Positions 1 through 12,495 of a DNA stretch of 64,000 bases are shown piece by piece. Location of the stretch: positions 52,390,001-52,454,000 of the forward strand of contig NC_043015.1 of assembly GCF_006345805.1 (NCBI RefSeq). Reading direction: 5' to 3'. A program made the position numbers and the translations under genes. A model generated the notes under the pieces. That model saw only the letters and a program-made list of their open reading frames with translations, ran no database searches and had not been told where the DNA came from. Numbering within the stretch: position 1 is the first letter of the stretch; every line of letters starts with the position of its first letter. The DNA is from Octopus sinensis (lineage: Eukaryota).

Positions 1-93
1 GACACTTACCGAAGGTGCTGCCACGCAGTGGAACTGAACCCGAAACCATGTGGTTGGCAAGCAAGCTACTTACCACGCAACCACTTCTACGCC
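1..93 (-). mobile_element. tRNA-derived SINE, family A, 5' head (truncated by window edge)
   Basis: Reverse complement reads GGCGTAGAAGTGGTTGCGTGGTAAGTAGCTTGC...GGGTTCAGTTCCACTGCGTGGCAG. It has A/B-box-like motifs and matches full copies at 30.4, 41.1 and 61.6 kb. Confidence 0.8.
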
Positions 94-106
94 TGAAATG
101 TGTGAC

Positions 107-224
107 GCTTACAGCAACTAGGCTTCCCAAGCGGTCACCCATCTAAGGACTGACTAGGCTCGACGTTGCTTAACTTCGGTGATGGGACGAGAACCGGTGC
201 TTTCAACGTGATATGGCCTAAATA
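107..224 (-). pseudogene. 5S rRNA: 5S rRNA pseudogene (solitary, ~118 nt)
   Basis: Reverse complement GGCCATATCACGTTGAAAGCACCGGTTCTCGTCCCATCACCGAAGTTAAGCAACGTCGAGCCTAGTCAGTCCTTAGATGGGTGACCGCTTGGGAAGCCTAGTTGCTGTAAGC is clearly 5S. The 5' strand of helix I does not match the 3' end, there are substitutions near IE/box C, and no T-run terminator follows. Confidence 0.9.
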
Positions 225-339
225 CAAGCACCGAACAAGTAAATTGATAAAGATCTGTGGAAGAAACGTTCAGGCTTCAAGAAATGCTGCTTAGCATTTA
301 GACTGATGCATTAACGATTCTTCCAGTTTACTGACTTCT

Positions 340-536
340 AATAATCCTTTCTTCTATTGGCATAAGACCTGAAATTTGTAGGGAAACTAGTACATGAATT
401 GTACTTATTTTATCGACCCCGAAAGGATAAAAAGCAAAGTCGACTTCGGCGGAATTTGAACTCAGAACGTAAAGACGGACAAAATGCCGCTTAGCATTAT
501 GTCCGGTGTGCTAACGATTCTGCCAACTCGCCGCTT
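340..536 (-). mobile_element. tRNA-derived SINE, family B
   Basis: Head GCGGCGAGTTGGCAGAATCGTTAGC, B-box GAGTTCAAATTCC, body CCTTTCGGGGTCGATAAAATAAGTAC; more than a dozen related copies or fragments in the window. Confidence 0.85.
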
Positions 537-593
537 TCGACCGCCGTGTAATAAATAATAATAATAATAATAATGATAATGAGATGATATATA

Positions 594-625
<32 letters not shown>

Positions 626-629
626 GATG

Positions 630-668
<39 letters not shown>

Positions 669-1307
669 TAATAATAATGATAATGATGATGATAATAATA
701 ATAATAATAATAATAATATTTTAGGCGTCAGGTCACAGATTTGATGGGAAGAGTTTAGTAAATTTTCCAATTTGGCCACACGGGCAAGTATTTATTAGAG
801 AGAGAGATGTATAGTCGATTAAATTTACCCCCGATACTTGACCAGCATGGAAACCAGATTCAAACAGCTCATACACTCCTTTAAAACTAAAAGTTTAAGC
901 TGTTCCTCATCTTATCCCAATAAATCAGAAGAAAATTGAAGGTTAGTTGAATTAACGGCATCAAAATTATCTGTAGCATCGTGAAAAATAAAGCATAAAT
1001 TCAAATACATCAAAGAAATACAAGACTATACTTCACTCAGCACTTCGGTATGTTGAACAAAAACACTGAAATACTGTTAACTTGTAGACACATGAACAAA
1101 TTCCATGAAAAATTTCAATTGAATACTTAGTAACAGTCCGTACTATTATCTGCCCATCTGTACATATCATTGGCCAAAATGTACAACTAGCCTTCGATTT
1201 TCTTCAGATGTATTAGGATAAGATAAGGAATAGCTTAAATTTTTAGTTTTAAAAGAGTGTATGCTCTGTTTGTATCTGGTTTCCATGCTAGTCAAGTATC
1301 GACTATA

Positions 1308-1346
<39 letters not shown>

Positions 1347-1432
1347 CTCTCTCTAATAAATACTTGTCTGTGTGGCCAAATTGAAAAATCGACGAATATC
1401 TTCCAATCAAATTTGTGACCTCACGCCTAAAA

Positions 1433-1484
<52 letters not shown>

Positions 1485-1629
1485 GTTGTTGTTGTTGTTG
1501 TTGTTATTGTTATCATTATTATTATTATTATTATTATTATTGTTGTTGTTGTTGTTGTTGTTGTTATTGTTATCATTATTATTATTATTATCATTATTAT
1601 TAAAGCGGCGAATTGGCAGAATCGTTAGC
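510..1629. repeat. Long imperfect inverted repeat (arms ~510-949 and ~1184-1629, spacer ~234 bp)
   Basis: Arms are reverse complements, e.g. GAAAATTGAAGGTTAGTTG vs CAACTAGCCTTCGATTTTC. Each arm contains (AG)n, (TAA)n and an outward-facing SINE B head. The mirror ORFs MAKL..QICDLTPKILLL are a by-product. Confidence 0.85.
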
Positions 1630-1900
1630 ATGGCAGGCGAAATACTTTACTTTACAAGAACGAAAATGCTACTTTCTTAAAATAGAGTACAGTTTAATTT
1701 TCCTTTTACATGTTTCGATTTTTGAAAAACCTTATCAAAAATATGTACTAAAATGGAATATGTGAAGAGAAAAGAACTATTAAAAAAAATTTAATTAAAA
1801 TTTAAATTAAGATTAACATTCATAGTTCACTTTCCTTTTTCCTGCAAGAAGACGTGATGATAATATCCTTTGGTTCTGGTACCTCAACAAATCTTTTCAT

Positions 1901-1942
<42 letters not shown>

Positions 1943-1960
1943 GATTATATATATATATAC

Positions 1961-2287
1961 GGAGATGTACTTGCATAGCAAGTGACCTGATCTGAGATCA
2001 TGTGCTGGAACGAAAACAATTGCAGCGTGGAAAGGTTTATAAGCCATTTAAGAAACACACACAAAACCGTTAGATTCACTTCAACATTTAAATATAATTT
2101 GCAAAAATATGTCCGTCGCTTTGAGACCGCAACCTGTTCACTGACCAAAATTCCGTGCTCCATTTGTCAGTGAACAGGTTGCGGTCTCAAAGCGAGGACA
2201 TATTTTGACAAATTATTTAAATGTTGAAGTGAATCTAACGGTTTTTGTGTGTTCTTAAATGGCTTATAAACACCTTCCACGCGGCAA
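1961..2287. mobile_element. Fold-back (hairpin) element in (TA)n; arms ~2020-2149 / 2163-2287, left side ~60 bp longer
   Basis: Near-perfect reverse-complement arms (TGGAAAGGTTTATAAGCC...CTGTTCACTGAC / GTCAGTGAACAG...GGCTTATAAACACCTTCCA) with a ~13-nt loop; (TA)n on both sides. Confidence 0.8.
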
Positions 2288-2380
2288 AGTTATATATATA
2301 AAATATTTATATATATATATATATATATATATTATTATGTACTAATAACATTGAGATGGAATATGTAATGGACTTTATGG

Positions 2381-2424
2381 GTAAACACATGTTTCGGCCC
2401 GTTTCTGGGTCTCTTCAGGTACAC
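2381..2424 (-). ncRNA. Degenerate hammerhead-ribozyme-like motif
   Basis: Minus strand GTAC-CTGAAGA-GACCCAGAAACGGGCC-GAAAC-ATGTGTTTAC. Both core halves and helix II are present; helix I and the cleavage triplet are imperfect. Confidence 0.45.
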
Positions 2425-2473
2425 ACACACATATATTGTTGTGTGGTGTTTGTATGTTTTGTGTATATATATC

Positions 2474-2520
<47 letters not shown>

Positions 2521-2846
2521 AATATAGTGGATTAACTGTTGAACTGGACGGACGTCTATTGTTTCTCTCCGAGTCAGTAGCAAGCTACACAGCTTCAAAA
2601 ACTAACTGACCTTAAATATATATATTGTAACACGTGTTTGCCTACAAACCCGTAAGTACGTTTTCATTTAACTACAAATTGTTATATACACTGTTTTCTT
2701 TAAATTCTCAAAAACAACCAAATAATCAAAAACTCACACCCTTAAGAGAGAACATTTATATATATACACTTCTTTAACTCCCGAGAAGAATAATATATTT
2801 TCAAAAATCAAAGGAAAACAAACAAAGAAAAACAAACACTGACTAA

Positions 2847-3560
2847 CTTGCAGGCTGCAACAGACGAAATTGGTCTGATAACGAAATTGATGTTTTAATA
2901 AACCACATGGCTCTCTCTTTCCCAAACAGAAAATCTAAATGTCTTGTGTTTGAATGAGATTGCCGAAAAAACATCACAAGTGGTCAACACACGATCCGTC
3001 AAACAGATTCGTAGCAAGTTGAAACATATCGAAGTATCTTTCAAACTGATAAGAGGCCATATGAAAAGCTTCTACATATTTTCACAGTTCAAGAACAACA
3101 ACAGCTAGAAAATCAGCAGCCACAACAACAACAACAACAGAATGAGCCACTCTGGTTCCCAACACATGGCTGACCCTGACATCGTCAGGCACAACAACAA
3201 CAACAACAGCCACAGCAACAAGAAACAAAACAGCCACTCCTCAACTCTAACTTACTAGACGATTCACTAAATGCCAGTATCTTTTCACCGCTATCCACAG
3301 CAACCACCACAATATCATCATCATCATCACCACCGCTGCCACCATCGTCTTCTATCACCAAAAATACCAACAGAAAACCAAATAAGAAACCACTGCCTCT
3401 TCCCCCACATCACCACCTCAATACTACTGCAGTAACAAAAACTAAAGAAATATAGGAAGCAGAATGCGCCCCCCACGGCACACAAAAGAAATCCCCAAAT
3501 ATGCCGCTATTCACTGCGCCAGAGACTCTGCACAAATAGTGACTGCATCTTCACGCATCT
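2847..3560 (+). pseudogene. LINE ORF1 remnant: Myb/SANT-like segment, Q/S-rich linker, CCCH zinc finger
   Basis: 2871-3060 reads WSDNEIDVLINHM.../LNEIAEKTSQVVNTRSVKQIRSKLKHIE across one frameshift; 3502-3558 reads CRYSLRQRLCTNSDCIFTH (C-x8-C-x4-C-x3-H). Confidence 0.55.
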
Positions 3561-4117
3561 ACCCGCACTAGACGCACTACCGGCCAAGGCCAAGCACGCA
3601 TCCCACAATAACATCAACACCACCAAATAGTAATCGAAATTAAAAACACACACAACTCGGAGTCCCAAAATCTGCCGGTATTCCAAACGTGAGAGAAACA
3701 TGTCTACTGAGTGACTGTCCCTTCACTCATCTTCCAGGGACCGACGCACAAAACAGAAACGGGGCCTCAAGCCAAACACAAACCTGAAAACAATAAAAAT
3801 AGAAACACACCATGCTGCAGTAATGCTGGTCCAGTCTTTTCAGGAAGACACAAAAAAAAACAACAACAACAAAAGTGGAAACTACAAACCTATCCAACAG
3901 TGCACCACACCTCCAGCCAAAAACTGCTCCTAAGCAGGAAAATTCTTTTTTAGCCATGTTGAACATGGCAAAAAGAGATACACAAAAACATTCTAGCCAT
4001 CACTCAACACATCCTATCTATTACCCCAGTGCACCAATTCCCCACATTGCTGCACTAACACACACAAAAAATCCAAGCCCCCTGCACAACAGTCAAAACC
4101 AGCCACTACACTAACCT

Positions 4118-4721
4118 CACATTCCTACTCAATGCACAAGGTGTCAGCCCTTCCATCAATGCACAAAAATGGAAGGTCCAATTCATTGAAGACTGGGTTG
4201 GTAACCATTCACACCACATCCCTTTCTTCATTCTCACTGAGACCCACCTTGACAACTCCCACTTGGAAGCCGAAGTGAGAGTGAAGAATTTCACAACCAT
4301 CCGCGCGGATCGTATCGGCAGGAGGAAGTGTGGAACTGCCATTTTCCTGCATGATTCATTTACGGCAGATGGAAATAGTATATTCTCCAACGGCTACTGT
4401 GAATCAGTCACCGTGCACAACAAAGCCAATGATCTGACAGTAATTGGACTCTATAGGCCGCCCAAAACACCCATACTGTGCTTTAAAGAATGCCTCAACA
4501 GCATTAAGTGCTTTATTCAACAGTGCCATTCTAGCAACATACTCATGATGGGAGACTTCAATCTACCCTGTGTTGACTGGACTACAAACTGTTTGAAACC
4601 AAGCACTCCCGCCTCAACCGCTGACAAAGAAGCAGCAGAGTCACTTTTCGACTTTACGAATGAGTTTTTCTTGTCCCAATTGTCCTTGCACCAACAAGAC
4701 ATCAGAACATTTTGGACCTAG
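4118..4721 (+). pseudogene. LINE ORF2 apurinic-like endonuclease domain
   Basis: FLLNAQG, ILTETHL, TIRADR, VIGLYRPP and MGDFNLP motifs in one frame. Confidence 0.9.
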
Positions 4722-5420
4722 TGTTTAGTAACCACACTAACACTATACATAACGTTACAGTGGAAAAAACCCTTCTTTCAGACCATGACATGGTTCTCGT
4801 AACATGAAATTCCACCAGCCGAAAGCTAATCCTAGTGACCTTCCTCCAGCCCACCCATTTGACAACATGGATCTCCATAAAGCCAACTGGGATGCAATCA
4901 GGAACGAGCTATCAATGTTGACTGGTCCTTTACACATACACACATCTCCACCAACCATAAAAATCTTGGCAGATCTTTGTAGACACCGTCACAGACATAT
5001 GTGCAAAACACTCCCCCCACCAAGACCTGTGAACAAAAAGTGCAGAATCCCCCAAACAGACAAAAAACCATTATCAGAAAAATAAAAAGAACAAACAAAA
5101 AAAAAAATTAACAAACTAAAGTACTGCCAACAGCAACACACACATTCGACAGCTATCGCACTGCTTGAATCCAAAAATATAACCTCCAACAATGCATGAA
5201 GTCCTCATCAATAACCAAAGATCAGCTGAGGAGAAGTGGGCCATTGAAAAAATCAAACTCAACCCCAAAGTGTTCTTTTCATTTGCGAGGAAAAAACGCA
5301 GGGTCACTGTCTCCACTGTAGGCCCTCTAATTGACGAAACTGCACTCTCCAAGATAATGCCAAATCCATGGCCGAGATACTGCAGAAAAACAATACTGCT
5401 CTGTTTTCAGCAATCCTGAT

Positions 5421-7080
5421 ATGGCCGATCTGGGCTGTATCAGTGATGTCAAACCCCCAACACACTATATCGGACATACGTTTAGTGCCCCTGATGTCTT
5501 AGCGGCGATAAACGAAATAAAACACAATTCAGCAGTAGGCCCCGATAGGTTCCCTGCTTGTGTCCTGAAGGTGTGTCGACACCAACTTGCATCTCCCCTT
5601 GCTAATCTGTGGAGAAACTCACTGGATGCTGGCTATATTCCAAAAAACCTTCTGTCCCAGTCTGTTGTCCCAGTTTTCAAAAAGGGAAACAAGTCCCTTG
5701 CAGTGAAGTATTACGTCCGATCTCACTCACCTCTCATATCATCAAGGTATTTGAGAGGGTGGTGAGATCTCAAATAACCAATTTCTGGAAAGCAACAGAC
5801 GGCTGATCTCCAACCAACATGGGTTCCGTAATGGAAGGGACTGCCTAACGCAGCTCCTGCATCACTTTGAGGACATTTTGAGAGCTTTGGGAGAGGGCTC
5901 CAACACCGATGTCATCTACCTTGATTTCAGTAAGGCCTTCGACAGGGTCGATCACAAGATCCTATTGAAAAAACTATCCAACATTGGTGTCTCTGGAAAG
6001 TTACTGAAATGGATTAAGTGTTTCCTGACAGACAGATCTCAACAGTTGTAGTTTGAAGGGGTAAAAATCAAGCCCAGCCAAAGTCAGTAGTGGCGTTCCG
6101 CAAGGCACTGTGCTGGGCCCACTTCTTTTCATCATTTACATTAATGACATTAATGACATCATCAAGCACAGCAACATAAAAATCTTTGCAGATGACTCCA
6201 AGCTACAGAAGGTCATAAATGAGGCGAGTGACCGGACATGCCTTCAGTCAGATCTACTGGCTGTTATCCAATGGGCAAAAAAAACAATATGCTGCTGAAC
6301 GAGGATAATTTGAGTTGAGCTAATCCACTTTGGAAAAGAGGATGCCCTGGAAACTCCCATACTCCCTTCCTTCAGGTGAGTGAAACTCTCACGGCGTCCA
6401 ACAACATCAGAGACTTGGGAGTAATTGTGGACAAACAGTAAGCTGGGACACTCATATAAACACCAAAGTTGACATGGCCCGCAGAATGTGTTCCTGGATT
6501 CTCAGAACTTTCCAGTCGAGAGATATCCACACCATTATCCTTCTCTTCTCCACTTTTGCCCGACCCCACCTTGAATACTGTTGTCCACTGTGGTCTCCCC
6601 ACACATACAAGGGTATCATAAAAGTTGAAGCACCTCAAAGGGCAATCACAAAAAGATAGATGGCATGACAGGCCTCGACTATTGGGGTCGACTAGAAAAG
6701 CTAAAAACTCTATTCTCTCCAACGTCGTCGTGAGCGCTACATCATCTGCATGATGTGGAAAATATTCCATCAGCATTGCCCAAATGATGTTGGCATCACC
6801 TTTAAGGTACATCCAAGGCTTGGGCCCCGTGCCATCCGCCCAAAAAAAAATCGCACTCTCATCTCATAACAACAATACGGCACAATTATTTCACCTCAAT
6901 TGGCCCCGCTCTCTTTAACATTACACCAAAAACATTAAAACAGAAACTGACCTATAGGGTTCAAGAAGTCTTTGGACAGATTCCTTCAAGAAATCCCGGA
7001 TAAACCCCCTACACCCGGATATGTCTCTGTAAACAATAACTCTCTACTTGAGTGGGCCATAGTGCCCAAATCTGACTTGA
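5421..7080 (+). pseudogene. LINE ORF2 reverse transcriptase and C-terminal region (frameshifted)
   Basis: SAVGPD, VVPVFKKG, RPISLTSHIIKVFE, YLDFSKAFDRVDH, PQGTVLGP, FADD (6185-6196) and RPHLEY motifs. Confidence 0.92.
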
Positions 7081-7379
7081 AGGACTTCACCAGGTGGTGC
7101 TATTAAGTTAGACATGGCCTGGGCCAATAATGGCCGAAAACCTATCAAAGTATCAAAGTATCAAAGTATATATATAATATATATATATTATATATCTATT
7201 TATATATAATATATATATATTATATATATATATATATTATAATAGATATATATATATTATATAGATATATATATACGCTATACGCGCTGATAAGCAAATG
7301 ACTATTTCGAAGAAAGCAGCATTTGGAAAAGATAGAAAACTATTGTAAATCTATTCTAGGAGGCAACAGAAGATGACTT

Positions 7380-7577
7380 TTTATTGCGGTTCCATCAGGT
7401 GATTCCTCAAAATTGATGCTGCTGCTACTACTACTACTTCTAATATTACCAATACACAAACCACTACCACCAACACTATAACTACTAGTGTCATCAGGAC
7501 GATTACGAACACTTTTAATGATAGTACTACTACCACCAACACGGCTGGTAGTAGTAGTAGTATAAGTAGTAGTAGTA

Positions 7578-7608
<31 letters not shown>

Positions 7609-8445
7609 AATTTTTTCTATTCCACTTATTACTGCTACTGCTGCTACTACTACTACTACTACTGCTACTGCTGCGACCACCACTTCCACCGACACAACCA
7701 CCACCACCAATACCAACACCATCACCACAACTACTACTACTGGTTCTACTGCTGCCACCACCACTACCTCCACCTCCACTACTACTACTACTACTAGTAG
7801 TAGTAGTAGTGTAGTGCTGCTGCTGTTACTCCTGCCACCATCACTACCTCCACCACCACCACCACCACCATCACTACTACTACTACTACTGCTGCCGCCT
7901 TCCTTTCCACCAGCCATCCATGTTCAGACATCCATTTATATGTTATTCTCTCTTTTATATTTTGCCACTACTTCGAACTCCCACATAGAAGCTACTCCTT
8001 ATTGAATTCCTTTTGACGCGGCCACTAGCATCTACTTTCCGCATCACGTTTGGTCTGTTTTACCACCACCGCCACAACCGCCACCACCACCACCAAAACC
8101 TCCATTACCCCCACTACCACCATCACCGTCACTTTAAATACCTCTTCTACCACAACCAATACTATTACTGCCACGTCTATAACCACCACTATACCACCAC
8201 CACCACATCACTAATATTATAACCACCCTATCACCATAGCAACCATAATACAACCAACACCAACACCACCACTACCACCTCCTATACTATTAGCTGTACC
8301 AATCATCTCTTCCAAAAGAAGCACAACTACTACCGCCACCATCTCTTCTACCACAACCAATACCACCATCACCACAATCTGTACCACCACTATAAAAACT
8401 ATACTCTCACCACAACCAGCACCACGACAAGGACCTTCATAACTA

Positions 8446-8479
<34 letters not shown>

Positions 8480-8495
8480 GCTGCTGCTGCCGCTG

Positions 8496-8542
<47 letters not shown>

Positions 8543-11500
8543 GCTGCTCTATTACTACCACTGCGACTTCTACTACCTTTACCACTACCACAACTACTGT
8601 TGCTGCTACTACTGTTGCTACTACTACTACTATTACTACTGCTACTACTACTTCTACTACTACTACCACTACCACTAGTACTGCTATTGTTGCTGCTACT
8701 GCTATTGCTGCTACTACTACTGTTACAACTACTACTACTGCTGCTGTTGCTACTGTTACTATTACTACTACTACAACTATTACTACTACAACTGCTACTA
8801 CTACCACTACGACTTCTACTACCTTTACCACTACCACTACTACTGTTGCTGCTACTGCTGTTGCTACTACTACTACTACTATTACTACTTCTACTACTAC
8901 TACTACTACTACTACGACTACTACTACTTCTACTACTACTACTTCTACTACAACTACAACTGCTGCTACTACTGTTACAACTACTGCTACTACTAAAACT
9001 TCAATCACCTCCACAGTAATCACCACTGCCACTACCTCCTATTCTGCAACAAGCACCACCAACAGCACCTTGACCACAACTATTAAGCATTAATGCCAAC
9101 ACCACTGCCTCCAGTTCGACAACCACCATCATGAAAACTACAATAACTTTCTCCACGACGACCCTACCATGACCACCATCACATATACTCCTATAAACAA
9201 CAGCAACAACAACAACATCGCAACTGCTACAGCCACCACTTTCACCACTGCCAACACGCCGCAACCACAACCACCTCCACAACAACCACCGCCTCCACCG
9301 CCGCTGCCCCCACCGCCCCCGCCATCACCGTCGCTTCCTATACCATTATAAACACCTACAACAACAACACCGCCGTCAATAAAAACACCTCTCTCACCAC
9401 TGCCGACACCAATATAAACATCCCACGACCTCCACAATCCACCCCCCCCCCGCGCCATCACCGCAGTCGCCACCACCACCACCACCACCACCGCCGCCTA
9501 AGACATCCACGTTTACAGTTAACTCCAACAGAACATCACCCCTCTCTGCTGTAACGCAACCCATACTAACCCCATCATTAATCCTTCTCAAATTTAAATT
9601 TAACTATTTCTTTACATCCGCCACCGCCTTTTTTACACTTCCCCGACCACCACCACCACCACCACCGCCACACTCTTTACACTCCCCCCAACCCACCGAC
9701 ACCCTCATTTATTCCCCACCCCACATCCATCTTTTACGCTACCATCACCACTCCCTCTCTATACGTCTCCGACGCCTCCTCCATCACACCACTACCACCA
9801 CCTCCTTTTTACACTTCCCCACACCTCTCCATCCTTTACACTACCGTACCCCTCTATTTTACCCCCCGACACCTCCTCCTCCTTTGCACCACCAGCGCCT
9901 TCTATGTCTACTCTTTTTCCGACACCTCTCCATTTACACCGCCACCATCACAATCACCACCACCCTAACTACACCTTCTCTAACACCTCCCCTCTTTTAC
10001 ACCACCGACACCGCCTCCTTTACACATCATCATCCCCTTTCTTCCACTCCCCACAATTCTCCCACACCAATTACCAGGGGGACGGCAGAGGGCGGTTATA
10101 TATATACTCTACTTTCACTTTCATTATCAATTTCTTTTTTTTTCTCTCACCTAATGTTTTCTCTTTTGTTTCTAGCTGTCGACTACGTTAATATTCTTGT
10201 TGTTCTTGTTGTTGACGTCGTCGTTGTCATTGTTGTTATTATTGTTGTTATTGTTGTTGTGTTTCTTCCGATTCTTCAAACGTTTTCCTTCCTTCGCAAT
10301 TTCTTTCTTATAAATTTTTTTCTCTTTTTTTATTTTCACATCCCATTTCTCTTGATTGTAATTTGCATGCTTATTGTTGATGTTGCCGTTACTATTGTTG
10401 CCACATTTGTTGTTGTTGTTATTGTTGTTGTTATTGTTGTTGTCGTCGTTGCTGCTGCTACTGCTGTTTTTGTTATGATGATGCTGGTGATGGTGATGGC
10501 GAGGGTGAAAGGTGATTGTCGTATTATATTTTAAAATTTTTTTTACACTTTTTCAGTTTTCTTTTTCATTCTGTTTCGAATTTCGTTTAATTTTTTTCAT
10601 GTTATATTTATTTATCTCATGCTCTTTTTTTCATTTTATTTTTTTTATTTTATTAACTGCTTTATTTTTCATCTATACTTTTCTCTCTTTTGTGTTTTAT
10701 TTTTTAGATTTCAAAAAATAAAAATTCTCATCTTTTCAATTTCCTTCAATTATTCATTCATACGTTTTTTCTTTTCTTCGTTTTTTCATTCTTTACTTTT
10801 CTTTTCTTTCCTCTTCTCCATTCTCTTTTCTCCTTCCTTTCAACTTCCTTTTTCTATTTTTCGTTCCTCTAATTTCCATTTCTTTCCTTTTTCTCTCCTA
10901 CCTAACTCATTCATTACCTCTATCATTAGCTCTATCTTTCCACCCTACTTTATTTTACCTTCTTCTCACTCATTCGACTTTGTTTTCCTTCTTCTCTTTC
11001 ACTTTTTCTTTCCGTCTCTATTCTAATTCTTACTTTCATTTCTTTTCTTTTTTTCTTTTATTATTTGTTTCTTATATTTTCCCCTTCCCTTCCTCAGTCT
11101 GTAGTAACCTTTTTCTTCCTTTATCTCTTTCACTCCTTTACTTTCTCCTTCTCAACATCTCCACTCCATTCTTTCCTCCTTCTATTTCTCTTTCTTTCTC
11201 ATTGTCTTTCTGTTATCATCTCCCTCCTACCCCTACCCTCTATTTCCTTTCTCTCCTATCATTCTTTCTCTCCTTCCCTCCTGGCTCTCCTCACAATTTA
11301 CTCTCTTCTCTTTTCTCTCATTCTCTCCTTTACCTTCTTTCCATTTTCTCATTTCCCTCCTCTCCTTCTCTCTCTTCTTCTCGCCTTCAATACTTCTCAC
11401 TTTCTTTTCTTCCAGTCTTTCTTCCTTACCTTTCCCTCTCCGCTATTGCTCCTCCTCTTTCCTTTCTCTTCTCTCCTTTCTCTTCTCTCCTGTCCTTCTT

Positions 11501-11640
11501 CTCCTTCTTTCCTTCCGTCTCTCTCTCTCTCTTTCTCTCCATCTTTCTCTTCCCATCTCTCTCTCCCCCTTGTCTCCACCACTCCTTTCTCTCCCTTCCT
11601 CTCTTCCTTCCTCTCCTATCTTCCTTCCTCTCTATCCATC
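7380..11640. repeat. ~4.3 kb compound low-complexity tract: (ACT)n/(ACC)n, then (TTG)n, then T-rich, then (CT)-rich
   Basis: Direct reading. Includes a ~250-bp-period duplication (8562-8640 vs 8810-8890) and a ~1.1 kb polypyrimidine strand (10530-11640). Confidence 0.9.
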
Positions 11641-12084
11641 ACCACAGAACACAGCAATACCAGATCTACAAATAGAACCAGCAGAGAAAATAATTGAAAG
11701 ATCTGTAACAGTACATCTAAACCTTTCACCTTTCACCCCCCACCTCACAACCACCACAACAACCTCCTCCGCCTCCGTTCCTGAGACACACTAACGCACG
11801 TACACACACGCATACACACACACACACACCAGCAGACACACATGCGGAGTTAAAGATATGTCGTTATTCAGATTCCTCATCTGGCAATAAGTTATTAGCA
11901 ACGCAAGTACCATAATCCAAGCTGACTATTACCTCTTTACCGCTTTCATTCTTTCCTCCCACGCCCACCCCGCCTAACCCCGACTCACAGCAATCTACGG
12001 AGAATGAATTAATAAACGAACGAGCGAACGAGAGTAAGAAAGAAAGAAGGAAAGAAGGTATGAGAAGAAATGAGTAAATTGCCG

Positions 12085-12097
12085 AAGAACATGTGTG

Positions 12098-12154
<57 letters not shown>

Positions 12155-12288
12155 TGTGCGTGTGTGCGTATGGTGTACGTGTGTGTGCGTTATGTGTGTG
12201 TATGTATGTATACGTGTATTTATGCGTATGCGTCTGTGTGTGTGTATGCAAGTATATATTTATGTATGTATGTATGTATTATGTATGT

Positions 12289-12351
<63 letters not shown>

Positions 12352-12464
12352 ATATAATATACGGGTAAACACATAATGTGAAACAAGGTGGAAAAAAGAG
12401 TACTCAAATACCAGTGGTAGAGTAATATGCTTTATTTTAAGCAGCAGAAAATTCAACAAAATAT

Positions 12465-12495
<31 letters not shown>

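Larger units (their letters stand above)
2525..7168 (+). mobile_element. CR1-clade LINE, near full length, inactivated (5' end uncertain)
   Basis: Ordered APE endonuclease (~4118-4721), RT (~5421-6300; LGPLLFIIYIND, KIFADDSKL) and CR1-type C-terminus (RPHLEYCCPLWSP), then a (TATCAAAG)3 tail at 7143-7168. Multiple frameshifts and stops. Confidence 0.92.

Noticed and set aside
2525-7168. Active LINE
   Set aside because: Many frameshifts and stops across ORF1, the endonuclease-RT linker and RT.
7381-9600. Mucin-like Thr-rich or Val-rich coding region
   Set aside because: (ACT/ACC)n slippage sequence with scattered stops, no splice or signal-peptide context.
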